From an uncultured Chloroflexia bacterium (GTDB taxonomy: Bacteria > Chloroflexota > UBA6077 > JACCZL01): a stretch of DNA of 64,000 nucleotides. Of this stretch, positions 32,804 through 43,420 are shown in pieces. The notes beneath the pieces are model-generated. The model was given only the letters and a program-made list of their open reading frames with translations. It was not told the origin of the DNA and ran no database searches. The stretch covers positions 192,001 through 256,000 of the forward strand of contig CAVXYC010000019.1 of assembly GCA_963765765.1 (NCBI GenBank), in the 5' to 3' direction. The first letter of the stretch is position 1, and each line of letters starts with the position of its first letter. The position numbers and the translations under genes were made by a program.

Positions 32804-33948
32804 TCAGAATCGCGCCAAACATCCTCGAGCAAAGTCTCGAGGGCTTGGGGCCCGCCTCTTGCGATTTGAGATGTCTGATGCAGCTCGCTGTACAGCTTCC
32901 GCATATGCCACCGCGAGTTCATGATGGGGCGACGCGAGACTGACCTGTGTTTCTGACGGCGGATCTGTGGTCATATCGACCACCGTGATGTCCAACTCGA
33001 TTTCGTCATCCTCATCTGACGCACCTTCGGAAGTGCCCGATCTAGCGGAAAGCACAGAGTCAACCTCATAGCTGAACTCGTTAAGTCGGGTTGCTGCCAG
33101 GAGCCGACCTCCTTGGTCAGCGGGAGAGCTTCGATGTGTGTCGCGAATACGAGGAAGAGCGTGTAGAAGTCGGACTTTTTTCTCCATCGAAGTAACTTGA
33201 CGTTAGGAAGCACCTGCCTAAGCTCACCAAGAACTTCAGCGAACAATTCTAATAGTCTATCGCTGTCATCGAATTCGTCTTCATAGGTTCTATACCATGA
33301 GTCAATTGATTGCTTCTTGTTTTGTATGCCATGGAGACTTGCAACAGCAATCTCGCTAACAAACTCACGATCTAACATTCTTCTGATGTCATTAGCGCTG
33401 AATATCCCAAAGTTAATCCAGATAGGATTATCAGATATCGTATCGATAACTTGTATGAATTTCCCCCAATAAGTTGAATGACGCAACTCTTGCTGATTTA
33501 ATGCGATAGTATTTCTATTTAACCTCTGAAAAATCGTGCTCAAAATATCTCTAGAAAGATCGGGTAATATTCTGACAACAAAGTTATACCCAAAGAGCCT
33601 CCTCCTGTCTTCAGAAGATAGATCATCAAAGGACATGTCGGGCCAATCTCCGGAATCTTGGCTTCGTATCTCAAATTGACCCTCGATGAACTCAAGGCAG
33701 GTCCTAACCCTTTGCTGGCCGTCGACAACGATGAATCGCTCTTTCCCCTCCTCGTCGACCAGCTCTTGAATGTAGAGTTCGGGAACTGGATAGCCCTGAA
33801 GTATGGTGTCGATTAAGAGGCTTTTCTGTGGGGTAAGCCAGACTGGATTTCTTTGGAATGGCGGAGCAATCTCTAGTTCTCCGGCGTCGGATCTAGTCTT
33901 CAGCCAGCTGACCGTGCGATTAGTGTTCCGGAGGAAATCCTGAGCCAT
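32804..33948 (-). CDS. DUF262 (ParB/Srx-fold, GmrS-like) protein; frameshift near 33110
   Basis: PPFQRNPVW, VVDGQQR and FQRLN..LNQQELR motifs; C-terminus YAEAVQRAASD in ORF 32804..33187. Confidence 0.88.
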
Positions 33949-33954
33949 GACGAA

Positions 33955-34539
33955 TCAAACCCCCTCTGAAAGAAGTTGTTGCTGGAGGTCCCGTATTCCT
34001 GCGGAGTGGTATGAGCGCAGCGAATCTGAGTCTCGGTAGAGTCGGATGTTAACGGACCTACCCTCGGCAGGTGACTCTCGAGACGCCTTGGACAAAGCTT
34101 CCATCCAAACGCGACCGAAAGGGAGGTAAGGAAGGATTCGATCAGTCGCGATCGTTCCGGAGAAGACGTAATTGGCCCGGTGCGAGTTAACTGCGATTTT
34201 GGTCTTTTTGGGGAGAGCGTGGTAGGCGGCGCCGAGGTTCCTCAGGTATCGCCACGAAACATCAAAGTGATGAATGGAAATAACTGCTACATCAATATCG
34301 GAGCTAGCGCCAAAGGATTTGAACCTCTTCTGCGGGCTGAGACTGACGCCAACTGCCGCACTCCCTATGATCAGCATGTCCCGCGGGTCAATTTCTAAAG
34401 CTGACGCGAGTTTCATCCGCCAGTCAAGATAAGCGCGAGCATCTCCCTGGAAGAGATGCGGAACAGATTCGAAAAGCCATTGCGAGCAGAATACGTCAGG
34501 ATGCTCGGCAAGGATTGCTTGTCGCAGTGGGTCTTCCAA
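33955..34539 (-). CDS. Pol-beta-superfamily nucleotidyltransferase-like protein
   Basis: IIGSAAVG ... SDIDVAVIS (hGS + DxD) signature; AGGAG RBS; 6 nt upstream of the DUF262 gene. Confidence 0.72.
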   Translation of the reverse strand: MEDPLRQAILAEHPDVFCSQWLFESVPHLFQGDARAYLDWRMKLASALEIDPRDMLIIGSAAVGVSLSPQKRFKSFGASSDIDVAVISIHHFDVSWRYLRNLGAAYHALPKKTKIAVNSHRANYVFSGTIATDRILPYLPFGRVWMEALSKASRESPAEGRSVNIRLYRDSDSLRSYHSAGIRDLQQQLLSEGV

Positions 34540-34692
34540 AGCGCTCTCCTGGTTAGCATCAAGATACTAAGTTCGGGATGGATCGGCACCACAGCGCATT
34601 CTAGTCCAACATCTGCAGCCGCGGAAGTTGGCCACTCGGTTTCATGACTCCGGAGCCCTCGATATCATTGGTCGGGATGAATAGACCCTCTC

Positions 34693-35870
34693 TCATGGGG
34701 CGGTTAACACCTGCCACCCGCACGGCTCAACCCTCAGCTGGGCGTTGAGCCGTGCGGCCTGTCGCGTGAGGTGCTCGCGTTCAGGGAGGTTGGGTGCTGA
34801 TCGGGCAGCTTCGGCGTAGAGCCGCGCCGCGATGACCGGGTCGCCGTCCCGCTCATGGAGGTATGCCGCGACGGCGGCGTATCGGGGTAAGGCGGGATCG
34901 AGCTCTGCCAGGGCGGCGAGGCCAGCCCGCGGGCCATCGGCCTCTCCGACCGCGACTGCCCGGTTGAGGCGGGCCACCGGGCTGTCGGTGAGGCGCACCA
35001 GCTCGTCATACCATTCGACGATCTGCACCCAATCGGTCTCATCGGGCGTCTGGGCGTCGGCGTGGAGCGCGGCGATGGCGGCCTGGGTCTGGGACTCGCC
35101 CAGGCGGTCGCGGGCGAGGGCTGTCTGGAGGATGTCGACGCCCTCGGCGATCAGGCGGGTGTCCCACAGGCCGCGGTCCTGCTCGGCGAGAGGCACGAGT
35201 CTGCCGTCTGGAGCCGGTTCGCGCCGGGCGCCGGGCGTGGTGGAGCAGCATGAGCGCGAGCAGGCCGGCGACCTCCTCATGGTCGATCTGGCCGCTAGCT
35301 GGCGGGTGAGCCGGATCGCCTCCTCGGCGAGGTCGACCTCGCCGGAGTAGCCCTCGTTGAAGACCAGGTAGAGCACGCGCAGCACCGTGGCGACGTCACC
35401 GGGCTGGTTGAGCTGGACGTCTGAGACGGTCCGCTTGGCCCGGCTGATCCGCTGGGCCATGGTTGCCTCGGGCACGAGGTAGGCTTGCGCGATCTGACGC
35501 GTGGTCAGGCCGCCGACCGCGCGCAGCGTGAGCGCGACGGCCGAAGCCGGTGTGAGTGATGGGTGCGCGCACAGAAAGTACAGCTGGAGTGTGTCGTCTA
35601 CGACGTCCCCGGTTCGGACATCGGCTCGCTCTCGACGCGTACCTCGCGGAGCCCTCGGGCGCTATCGGCGCGGGTGGCGTCGAGGAACTTCCGCCAGGCC
35701 ACGGTGATCAGCCAGCCTTTGGCGTCCCGCGGCGGGTCGTCCGGCCACACGCGCACGGCCTCGACCAGGGCGTCCTGCACGGCATCCTCGGCCGCCGCGA
35801 AGTCAGCTCCGCGACGGACGAGGATGCCAATCACGATGGGGGTGAGGGTCCGCAGCAGGGCCTCGTCCAC
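34693..35870 (-). CDS. ECF sigma factor with DUF6596/TPR extension, frameshifted
   Basis: AEDAVQDAL, EATMAQRISRAK, LYLVFNEGY and LNRAVAV motifs. Confidence 0.9.
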
Positions 35871-35876
35871 CGTGCG

Positions 35877-36284
35877 TTACTCCGTGATGGTCGGCGGCGC
35901 GGTCAGGAACGGGCGCACCTCGAGCCACTCGTGGATCGGCTTCCCACCCGCGCCCGGAGCCGCGGACAGCTCGCCGGCCAGCTCCAGCGCTCGTTCATAG
36001 GTGTCAACGTCGATCACCATCCAGCCGGCGATCAGGTCCTTGGTCTCCGCGAACGGGCCGTCCGTGACGGGCGGCCGGCCCTCGCCGTCGTAGCGAACGA
36101 ACGTGCCCTCCGGGGAGAGCGCCTGTCCATCGACGAGCTCGCCGGTGGCCTCGAGCCGAGCGGCGAAATCCTGCATGTACTGACAATGGGCCGAATACTC
36201 CTCCGGCGTCCACTGGTCCATCGGCACGTCGTTGACCGATGCCGGCGCGCCTCGGTAGTGCTTGAGTAGCAGGTACTTGGCCAT
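35877..36284 (-). CDS. YciI family (DGPF) protein
   Basis: VTDGPFAETKDLIAGW and LEVRPF motifs. Confidence 0.92.
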   Translation of the reverse strand: MAKYLLLKHYRGAPASVNDVPMDQWTPEEYSAHCQYMQDFAARLEATGELVDGQALSPEGTFVRYDGEGRPPVTDGPFAETKDLIAGWMVIDVDTYERALELAGELSAAPGAGGKPIHEWLEVRPFLTAPPTITE

Positions 36285-36387
36285 TGTTCTGCTGCCTTTG
36301 CTGGCTGTTCACTTCTGGGACGGAGCCCGGACGCGGGTTCTCGACATCCCCCACGACTTTTGCTGTGGATTGCGCGAGCAGAACGGG

Positions 36388-36511
36388 ATCCGCAGATTGA
36401 CGCAGATTGCGCAGATTAAAGACGTGTATCGAATCCCCTAGCCATGCGATGCCTGGCAGGCGTTCTCGATCCAAACGCAACAATCTGTGCAAATCTGCGT
36501 CAACTGCGGAT
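36388..36511. repeat. Inverted short tandem-repeat element (CGCAGATT)n ... (AATCTGCG)n
   Basis: atccgcagattgacgcagattgcgcagatt ... aatctgtgcaaatctgcgtcaactgcggat. Confidence 0.75.
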
Positions 36512-36546
36512 CTCGTCTTTCTTGGAGTCCCGTCATTACGCGATCG

Positions 36547-37045
36547 CTACACGCGGCGGAGCCCTGTTAAGCGAAGCAATTCATCGACCACCTCGTTGAG
36601 GGGCTGGGTAGCGTCGATATCTATCGCTCCCGCCGGTTTTTCGTCGCTTCGATTGAGCTCGAGCATGAGCTCGAGCTCCCAGGGCTGCTTGCCAAAGGTG
36701 TTGTCGGTGCGCTCTTGGAGGCGGCGACGCATGGTGTCATCGTCGATGCGGAGGTTGAATACCCTGGTGAAATAGGGCAGAAAGTCGTCGCGATTACGGC
36801 TGCTCCCACAGACGAATAACACGTCTGGTTCCGGGCTTTCGAGCTCGCTGACAGCTTTTTGCTCGTCCCACCTATGGTTGTCGTATTGAGCGGGCCCACC
36901 GGGGAGGCCGGTGTCGGGATCAACGAAGTATTTCCAGGCACGATCGGTACTCACGGCTTTGTAGCCGCGTCGGATCAGCTCCTCGTAGACCGAGGATTTC
37001 CCGGTAGCCAGATAAGCCTTCCACCAGATAGTTCCGTTTAGCCAT
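36547..37045 (-). CDS. Small P-loop kinase (AAA_18-like), frameshift within Walker A
   Basis: MAKRNYLVEGLSG-GKSSVYEEL read across a shift, then LFVCGS and IDATQPL. Confidence 0.8.
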
Positions 37046-37453
37046 GTTGATGGTCCGAGATCATGTTCATATAGCCAGGAAGTCGCACATGATCTGCGCG
37101 TGCGCGTCAGCCTCGTCCGGTCTTTCGTCGAGGTTGCCGTTGCGCTCGATCAGTGTGACGACGGGCCTACTGGACGTAAAAATGGAGGGCTCCGCGAGAG
37201 CTTGTCTGGCGGCTCCGGCCTCGGCCACCATCCGCCAATGGGTTACGATGTCCGCGGACCACCTCGACTTCGAAATGCAGAACCCCTCGTAGTTCTCTGC
37301 GAATGGAAGTGCCAGCAGGACCGCAAATGCAAACGTGGACTTTCGTGAAGCCCGGCCACCAGGGCCGCAACGCGCGTTGTTGGCTGAAGTACGCCGTACC
37401 GCGCCTCGTGAAGAATCCCTGCTGTGATTCCGGCACTCCCTAAGGCGCATCGC

Positions 37454-37664
37454 TTGGAATTCAAATTAGAAGGTGAAGAGTTCATCACACTTCAGTCGCT
37501 GCTGAAGGTCACTGGCCTGAGCGACACGGGTGGCAACGCCAAGCAGCGCCATCACGGGCGGCGAAGTGAAGGTGGACGGTGAAGTGGAGCTCCGTCGCGG
37601 AAAGAAGATCCGCGCCGGGCAAGTTGTCTCGTTCGGCGGGCAGGAAGTTACGGTAGTTGCCTAA
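37454..37664 (+). CDS. RNA-binding S4 domain protein (YbcJ/YaaA-like), frameshifted, absent from ORF track
   Basis: EFITLQSLLKVTGLSDTGGNAK / ITGGEVKVDGEVELRRGKKIRAGQVVSF. Confidence 0.85.
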
Positions 37665-37926
37665 TTCTGCGCGTCCACTTTCATGATGTTCGCGACCAGC
37701 TGATGCTCGAGGCCACGAGGCCTCGTCCGTCGTCCACTGATCTACCGGCGCCCAGTACACGGGCGGGGACCGGGACACTCCGGCGGTGCCTGAGCAGGGG
37801 GTACTGGGCCATCATGTTCTCCTTGCGCGTACGGCCCATTGTGGCCGTGTTCCAGAGCGACAGCTTCTTCCCCCTTCGATGCCCTCCCGGCTACAGTAGC
37901 CTGGAGGCGATGGATGGAGATCGAAG

Positions 37927-38502
37927 ATGTCAAGAATACCTGACCTGACTCGGGAGAACCTCCCCGAGGATCTGCGCGCGGCCTTTGATGAGGTGATGGC
38001 GTCGGGTCCCGTGATTGGCCCGAGCAAGATTGCCATCAACAGCCCGGAGATGGCGCTTCGGCGGCGGCCGCTGAGCGATTACCTGCGGTTCGAGACGGGG
38101 ATCGAAGAGCGTTTCCTGGAGCTGGCGATCTTGCTGACGGCGCGGTGCCTGGATTGCGCGTACATCTGGAGCGCACACGCGGAGCCGGGGCGGAAGGCGG
38201 GGTTGGACAATGAGCTGGTTCGAGCGTTGTGCTGGAACAAGGAGGTTCCGAAGAGCACTCCGGAGGATGAGCTGGCGCTGATCGCGTACGGCCAGGAGCT
38301 GCTTCGGACGCACACGGTCCGTGAGAAGACATTTAATGATGCGCAGGCGATCTTTGGTACGAAGACGCTGGTTGAGCTGACCGCGCTCATGGGCCAGTAC
38401 GCGCAAAACGCGTTCTTCCTGAACGCGTTCGGTGTGGAAATCCCTCAGGATCGGACGGAGCCGAAGATGCCGGTGGGGTTGGAGCTGGAGGAGGAGCTCT
38501 AA
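37927..38502 (+). CDS. Carboxymuconolactone decarboxylase/AhpD family protein
   Basis: ELAILLTAR, YIWSAH and LVELTALMGQY motifs. Confidence 0.85.
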   Translation: MSRIPDLTRENLPEDLRAAFDEVMASGPVIGPSKIAINSPEMALRRRPLSDYLRFETGIEERFLELAILLTARCLDCAYIWSAHAEPGRKAGLDNELVRALCWNKEVPKSTPEDELALIAYGQELLRTHTVREKTFNDAQAIFGTKTLVELTALMGQYAQNAFFLNAFGVEIPQDRTEPKMPVGLELEEEL

Positions 38503-38636
38503 CCAGAGGTCAGAGCAGAGGCTAGAGGTCGGGGGCATGCGAGGACCTCTCAGCAGCCCTAGACACGGATGAAGGAACAACCGCTACCGCTGGCAGGTAC
38601 GGCTGGTCCAACGGCCCGTATGACATATGGACCGGG

Positions 38637-39017
38637 CTAGCCGGAGAGGCGGTCATGCTCCACTAGCCAGCGGGCGAAGGCGAGGTGTTGTTCGTCCGCG
38701 GGTGTTTCGTCGCTTTCTGGTGAGAGCTCTATCTCGGGCAGGCTTGCTGTTCGCGGTGAGTCCCAATCAGACTCGGATGCGCTGACTGTCATCGAATCGA
38801 CGTCGTCTGCCGGGCGATCAAGCGTCAGCGTGCGTTGGGTGCCGACGCTCGCGGCAGTGACGGGTTCGGGCTGGCGTTCGCCGGACAGGTACGTGAACAG
38901 GATGGCCAGAGCGAACTCCGCCAGGATGACAACCACAACGGCCAACAGTGCGAGCTGCAGCGCGTTAGCGATGGTGAATAGCTCGGATCCGGATTGAGCT
39001 GTGTCACTCGAGTACAT
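38637..39017 (-). CDS. Hypothetical single-pass membrane protein
   Basis: N-terminal hydrophobic helix, acidic tail ending FARWLVEHDRLSG; AAGGAG RBS. Confidence 0.6.
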   Translation of the reverse strand: MYSSDTAQSGSELFTIANALQLALLAVVVVILAEFALAILFTYLSGERQPEPVTAASVGTQRTLTLDRPADDVDSMTVSASESDWDSPRTASLPEIELSPESDETPADEQHLAFARWLVEHDRLSG

Positions 39018-39106
39018 GGAGTATCTCCTTCACTCCGTGCGTTACGCGGAGGCCCGGATACGACCGGTGGCGGGTAGAAGGCTGGAATCTGCGGCGGGGC
39101 CTTGGT

Positions 39107-40233
39107 GTGCTCCGTACGGTGCTGTCACCGGAATCGGAGCCTGGCACCACCTGGAGTCGGCGGACGCGCATGGCCACCGGGGCGACCTCAATGGCTACAG
39201 GCTCGGCCGGTCTCCTGAGTACGGATTCGGAATCCTGGCCCAGAAATGGAGCGGCACGCCCGATCCCTCAATCAGGACGAACATTGGCTACCAGATCGAT
39301 CTGGAGCGGATGGGCGAGTTCAGCGAGCCGCTGAAGCGGCTCGAGCCGCTGATAATCGATAACGTGTGGGGCGATTCGCCCGGTGCTCGGGCCTGGCGGC
39401 ACACAGTCCAGGATCTTTTGGACGTACCGCCGATCCCGCTCATCAAGTCGTTCATGACTGTGGGTATGGGGGTGCAAGGGCGGCTGGTGGGCATTCTCAC
39501 CTCTCACACGTTCAGGCGGGATACTTCACCCCGCGGCACGCCAAGGTGGCTCAGGCGGTGGCGCGGCAGGCTGCCATCGCCATCGAAAACGCGCGTCTCT
39601 ACCAGCAGGCGCAGTCGCTGGCCATTCTGGAAGAGCGTCAACGGCTGGCCCGCGAGCTTCATGACTCCGTCTCTCAGGCGCTGTACGGGATTGGTCTTGG
39701 CGCCAAGACAGCCCGGGCATTGCTTGAGCGCGATCCTCAACAGGCGACGGACGCGGTGGATTATGTGATTGGCCTGGCGGAGGCCGGGCTTACCGAGATG
39801 CGGGCGCTCATCTTCGAGCTGCGTCCGGACACGATCGAGCGGGAGGGCCTCGTAGCGGCGCTGGACCGCCAGGTTCAGGCCGCCCAAAGGCGACACGAGA
39901 TTCGGGTGACCACCAGTCTCGGAACGGAGCCGGACATCCCACTAGCGGTCAAAGAATCGCTCTACCGCATCACCCAGGAGGCGCTGCAGAACGTGGTCAA
40001 GCACGCGCCGGCCAGCGCCGTGCAAGTCACGCTGCAGCAAAGCGCCGATGAGCTGACGCTGGAGATCCGCGACGACGGTCCAGGTTTCGATTCCACGCTG
40101 CCGTATCATGGGCACCTGGGTTTGAGATCGATGCATGAGCGCGCCAATCGCCACGGCGGCCGGCTGAGAGATCGTCTCTGCGCCCGGAGCGGGCACGCGC
40201 ATTTATGCCCGGATTCCGCGTGGGGCTGCCTAG
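39107..40233 (+). CDS. GAF-HisKA_3 sensor histidine kinase, frameshifted; 5' end uncertain
   Basis: AIAIENARLY, EERQRLARELHDSVSQ, QEALQNVVKHA, DDGPGF and GLRSMHER motifs. Confidence 0.85.
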
Positions 40234-40400
40234 GATGGACTCTACCCAGTCGGCCTGTCCGAGGGACCAGACCCAAACGCTGTCATAGTCAATGGCCGCG
40301 TTGTCATCCTGAGATGCGCCATGCGCTCCGCGCACCAACACACCAATGAAAATATCATCACGTCTTGTCAGTCGTCTGCTGACTTAGTCTATCTTCATGA

Positions 40401-40475
40401 GAGTGCAGCGAAGGATCTTCGCCGCTGATCCTCAGGACTCCGGTGGGAAGATCCTTCGCTGCACTCAGGATGACA
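40401..40475. repeat. GTCATCC-family palindromic repeat copy
   Basis: gagtgcagcgaaggatcttc ... gaagatccttcgctgcactcaggatgaca. Confidence 0.85.
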
Positions 40476-40524
40476 GGGAAACAAGTGGCAGACAAGCCTG
40501 CCAGCGGGTCTCGTGTGCTGGCGT

Positions 40525-41214
40525 CTACCGCTCCAACAGCGCCGTGACTTCGATCTCCACTAACTTGCCCTCTGTGGAGTAGCCGTCGGCAAAGGCGTAC
40601 TCACTCTCCTTGGGCTGGCCTGGGAGAGCTGATGTGAGGGCGGAGCGCAGATCATCCAATGATTGGCTGCGATGCACGATGGCGGAAAGCTTGGTTACTT
40701 GATCCCACCGGACGTCGGCGTGTGATAGCGCGCTGGCGACATTGCCGAGGATCTCGGCCACTTGATCACGAAGATCGGGCAGGACGGAGGTCATCCCGGA
40801 GAGCGCAACCAGGCCGTCACGCTTCAGGTAGCGGAGAGGGACGATGGGCGGATCGTATTCCACCAGGGCCTTCTTGCTGCCGGGTGTAGTGGGGCGCATG
40901 GCCCAGAGCTGGATGGCGATGGCGGCTTCGGACTCGAAGAAGTCGGGCGCGATAAAGCTGGAGCTGGCGGAACGGGCAGCACCGCTGAGGATGGCTACTC
41001 TCGCCTTGCTGCCGACATCACGGCTGGCTCGGTCACGCGCCCACAGACGCGTGCGAATAGTGTCGTCAAGCGAGAGGCTCAGACCACGCAGCGCCCCGTC
41101 GAGTCGCTCGAAGATGTCCCGAGTCTGCTCAGCGGGATCCAGCGCGGCGCGTCCCTCGGCGCTGAGCGCAACGATCTCATGTCCGCGCCAGGAACTCACT
41201 GTCATTCGCATCAT
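40525..41214 (-). CDS. Tandem RidA/YjgF-like protein
   Basis: EQTRDIFERL, LSGMT..DQVAEIL and KLVEIEVTA segments. Confidence 0.7.
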   Translation of the reverse strand: MMRMTVSSWRGHEIVALSAEGRAALDPAEQTRDIFERLDGALRGLSLSLDDTIRTRLWARDRASRDVGSKARVAILSGAARSASSSFIAPDFFESEAAIAIQLWAMRPTTPGSKKALVEYDPPIVPLRYLKRDGLVALSGMTSVLPDLRDQVAEILGNVASALSHADVRWDQVTKLSAIVHRSQSLDDLRSALTSALPGQPKESEYAFADGYSTEGKLVEIEVTALLER

Positions 41215-41417
41215 GGTCTCCTTACTGACGGGTGCTGGAGTCTAATGAATGTCGACATCATGGCGGTGCGCGAAGCACTGCTGTCGGCCGTCGAGCCGAA
41301 TCTTGGTGAGCCGTATGATATCCGCGGGCAGCGTCCGTTGTGGCAGGTATCCGGGTGAGTTTCCGAAACTGAAGCCGAACGGGCGCACCACCATACTCCA
41401 GCCCGCGGAGCGCGACC

Positions 41418-42002
41418 ATGACCGAGCCGAGCCGTAGCCCAACAACCTTCGATGAAGAGAGAGCAACTTCGGTATTGATGCTGGCATTCAGCGCAGACCC
41501 GGCCGTCCGCTGGGTATGGCCTGATCCGCGTCAGTACCTGGAAGACTTTCCGAGCTTCGCACGCGCGTTCGGAGGCAGCGCGTTTACCCAGGGCACTGCT
41601 TACTGTCTGCCCGGCTACGTCGGCGCCGCACTCTGGCTGCCGCCGGGGATTGGGCCGGACGAGGATGCGATAGTCGATCTCTTCAAGCGCAGCACCACTG
41701 AGAAGAGGCAGGCCGAGGTATTCGAGGTGTTGGAGCAAATGGGCCGCTACCATCCGACCGAGCCTCACTGGTATCTGCCGCTTATCGGCGTGGATCCGTC
41801 ACGCCAGGGCGAGGGACTGGGCGCGGAGCTAATGCGGCCGGTTCTGGCTACATGTGATCGCGATGGCCTGCCCGCGTATCTCGAATCTTCCAACGCGCGG
41901 AATGTTCCATTCTATGAGCGGCTGGGGTTTGAGGTGCTGGGAACGATTCAGTCGGGAGGATCGCCGGAGCTTTATCCGATGCTGCGGAAAGTGCGGGGGT
42001 AG
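41418..42002 (+). CDS. GNAT N-acetyltransferase
   Basis: HWYLPLIGVDPSRQGEGLG, AYLESS and NVPFYERLGF motifs. Confidence 0.92.
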   Translation: MTEPSRSPTTFDEERATSVLMLAFSADPAVRWVWPDPRQYLEDFPSFARAFGGSAFTQGTAYCLPGYVGAALWLPPGIGPDEDAIVDLFKRSTTEKRQAEVFEVLEQMGRYHPTEPHWYLPLIGVDPSRQGEGLGAELMRPVLATCDRDGLPAYLESSNARNVPFYERLGFEVLGTIQSGGSPELYPMLRKVRG

Positions 42003-42039
42003 GCGAGGGCAATTTCAAGATTGCAGTGGTCTTGAAGAG

Positions 42040-42142
42040 GACCCCACCCCGGCCCTCCCCGCTGCGGCAGGGAGGGAGCCGGATTCCCCTTTCACTAAAC
42101 ACGCTCCCTCCCTGCCGCAGCGGGGAGGGCCTGGGTGGGGTC
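42040..42142. repeat. Palindromic repeat CCCTCCCCGCTGCGGCAGGGAGGGAG, copy 1
   Basis: Inverted arms between convergent genes; second copy at 47734-47851. Confidence 0.85.
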
Positions 42143-42204
42143 GTTTCTCCTGACGTGAGGGTCGAGCGCTCACTTTTTAGTTGTCGACTGCTAACGGCTA
42201 CCGG

Positions 42205-43173
42205 TCAACCCTTTTTCCCGAACCTCCGGCTCAACACCGCCCCGACATCGCGGACTTCTTCGGGCATGGCGTTGGGCATGAGGTTGAAGATCATGCCGTT
42301 CAGGCCGGCGTCGAAGTAGGGCTGGACCTGGTCACCGATTGAGCTCGGGTCACCCACTATCGTTGTGGCGCGCACCATCTCGCGCATTTGCGATGGGACG
42401 TTCGCGAGCATCGCTTCAAAGCGGCGGCTAGCCTCATCTTGAGTTGAAGCGAAGATCATGCTGCCGAGGCGAGTGCGCGTGATCTCGGACGGATCGCGCC
42501 CAACGTCACGGCAATGCTGGTCGAGTACGTCCAGCTTGCGCCGGATCTCATCGGCCGAGCCGAAGATGTTGCAAGCGTCGGCGTACTGAGCCACAAGCCG
42601 CAGCGTGCGTTTCTCGCCGCCTCCACCAATCATGATTCTCGGACCGCCAGGCTGGACCGGCCGCGGATTGTTCAGGGCGTTATGGACGCTGTGGTACTTG
42701 CCCTCCACGGTTGCGGATTCTTCAGTGAACATGGCTTTACAGATCCGCAGCGTGTCTTCCAGGCGGTCCATACGCTCACCGGTGGACGGCCAATCGTAGC
42801 CGTAGCGGCGGGCTTCGTCCTCATTCCAGGCGGCACCGATGCCCAGGATGGCACGGCCATTGGAGACGATGTCAAGCGTGGTGATCATCTTTGCCAGCAG
42901 GGCGGGATTGCGGTAGACGACGCCGGTCACGAGCGCACCGAGCTTGATTTTCGATGTGCATGCTGCAATGGCCGGGAGCAGCGAATAGGCCTCCAGCATG
43001 GGCTCCTCGGGCGGCCCGATCATGCCGATCTGCTGGAAATGGTCCATCACGAAGAACGAGTCGAATCCGGACTCCTCGGCAGCGCAGGCAATGGCCAGGA
43101 CGCGTTCGAACAGCCGGTCGTTGGGGACATCGGAGTAGGTAAAGCGCGGGAGCTGGAAGCCGAGTCTGAGCAT
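42205..43173 (-). CDS. LLM class F420-dependent oxidoreductase
   Basis: GFDSFFVMDHFQQI, YRNPALLAK and IGGGGEKRTL motifs. Confidence 0.92.
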   Translation of the reverse strand: MLRLGFQLPRFTYSDVPNDRLFERVLAIACAAEESGFDSFFVMDHFQQIGMIGPPEEPMLEAYSLLPAIAACTSKIKLGALVTGVVYRNPALLAKMITTLDIVSNGRAILGIGAAWNEDEARRYGYDWPSTGERMDRLEDTLRICKAMFTEESATVEGKYHSVHNALNNPRPVQPGGPRIMIGGGGEKRTLRLVAQYADACNIFGSADEIRRKLDVLDQHCRDVGRDPSEITRTRLGSMIFASTQDEASRRFEAMLANVPSQMREMVRATTIVGDPSSIGDQVQPYFDAGLNGMIFNLMPNAMPEEVRDVGAVLSRRFGKKG

Positions 43174-43385
43174 GGTGGGTCTCCGTGGCGGGGAAGCTAC
43201 GGGCGCGCGGTGCAGAGAATGTGCCGTGGGCGCGATCAGCCAACGTAGTGGCATTCCCTCGTGGGCGCCACCCAGAAATCCTGGCTCCCGATCGCTGTCA
43301 ATGATTTCTAGGTCGCGCCCACAAGGGAATGCCACTACATTGGTGGCAGTATGCGGCGGTCGGTCCGCGTTATGGGCGCGATGTA

Positions 43386-43414
43386 TTGCGCATTAACGAA
43401 AATATCGTTACGAT
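43386..43414 (+). promoter_or_regulatory. Promoter TTGCGC-N17-TACGAT containing palindrome TAACGA-N5-TCGTTA
   Basis: Palindrome at 43394-43410 lies in the spacer; start codon 6 nt after the -10. Confidence 0.6.
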
Positions 43415-43420
43415 GATGGT

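Noticed and set aside
32804-33948. Calling the DUF262 gene a complete GmrSD type IV restriction enzyme
   Set aside because: No HNH/DUF1524 domain is visible in any frame.
37067-37450. Possible minus-strand gene, and a fragment at 37700-37900
   Set aside because: No recognisable motif, start or RBS; cannot be supported.
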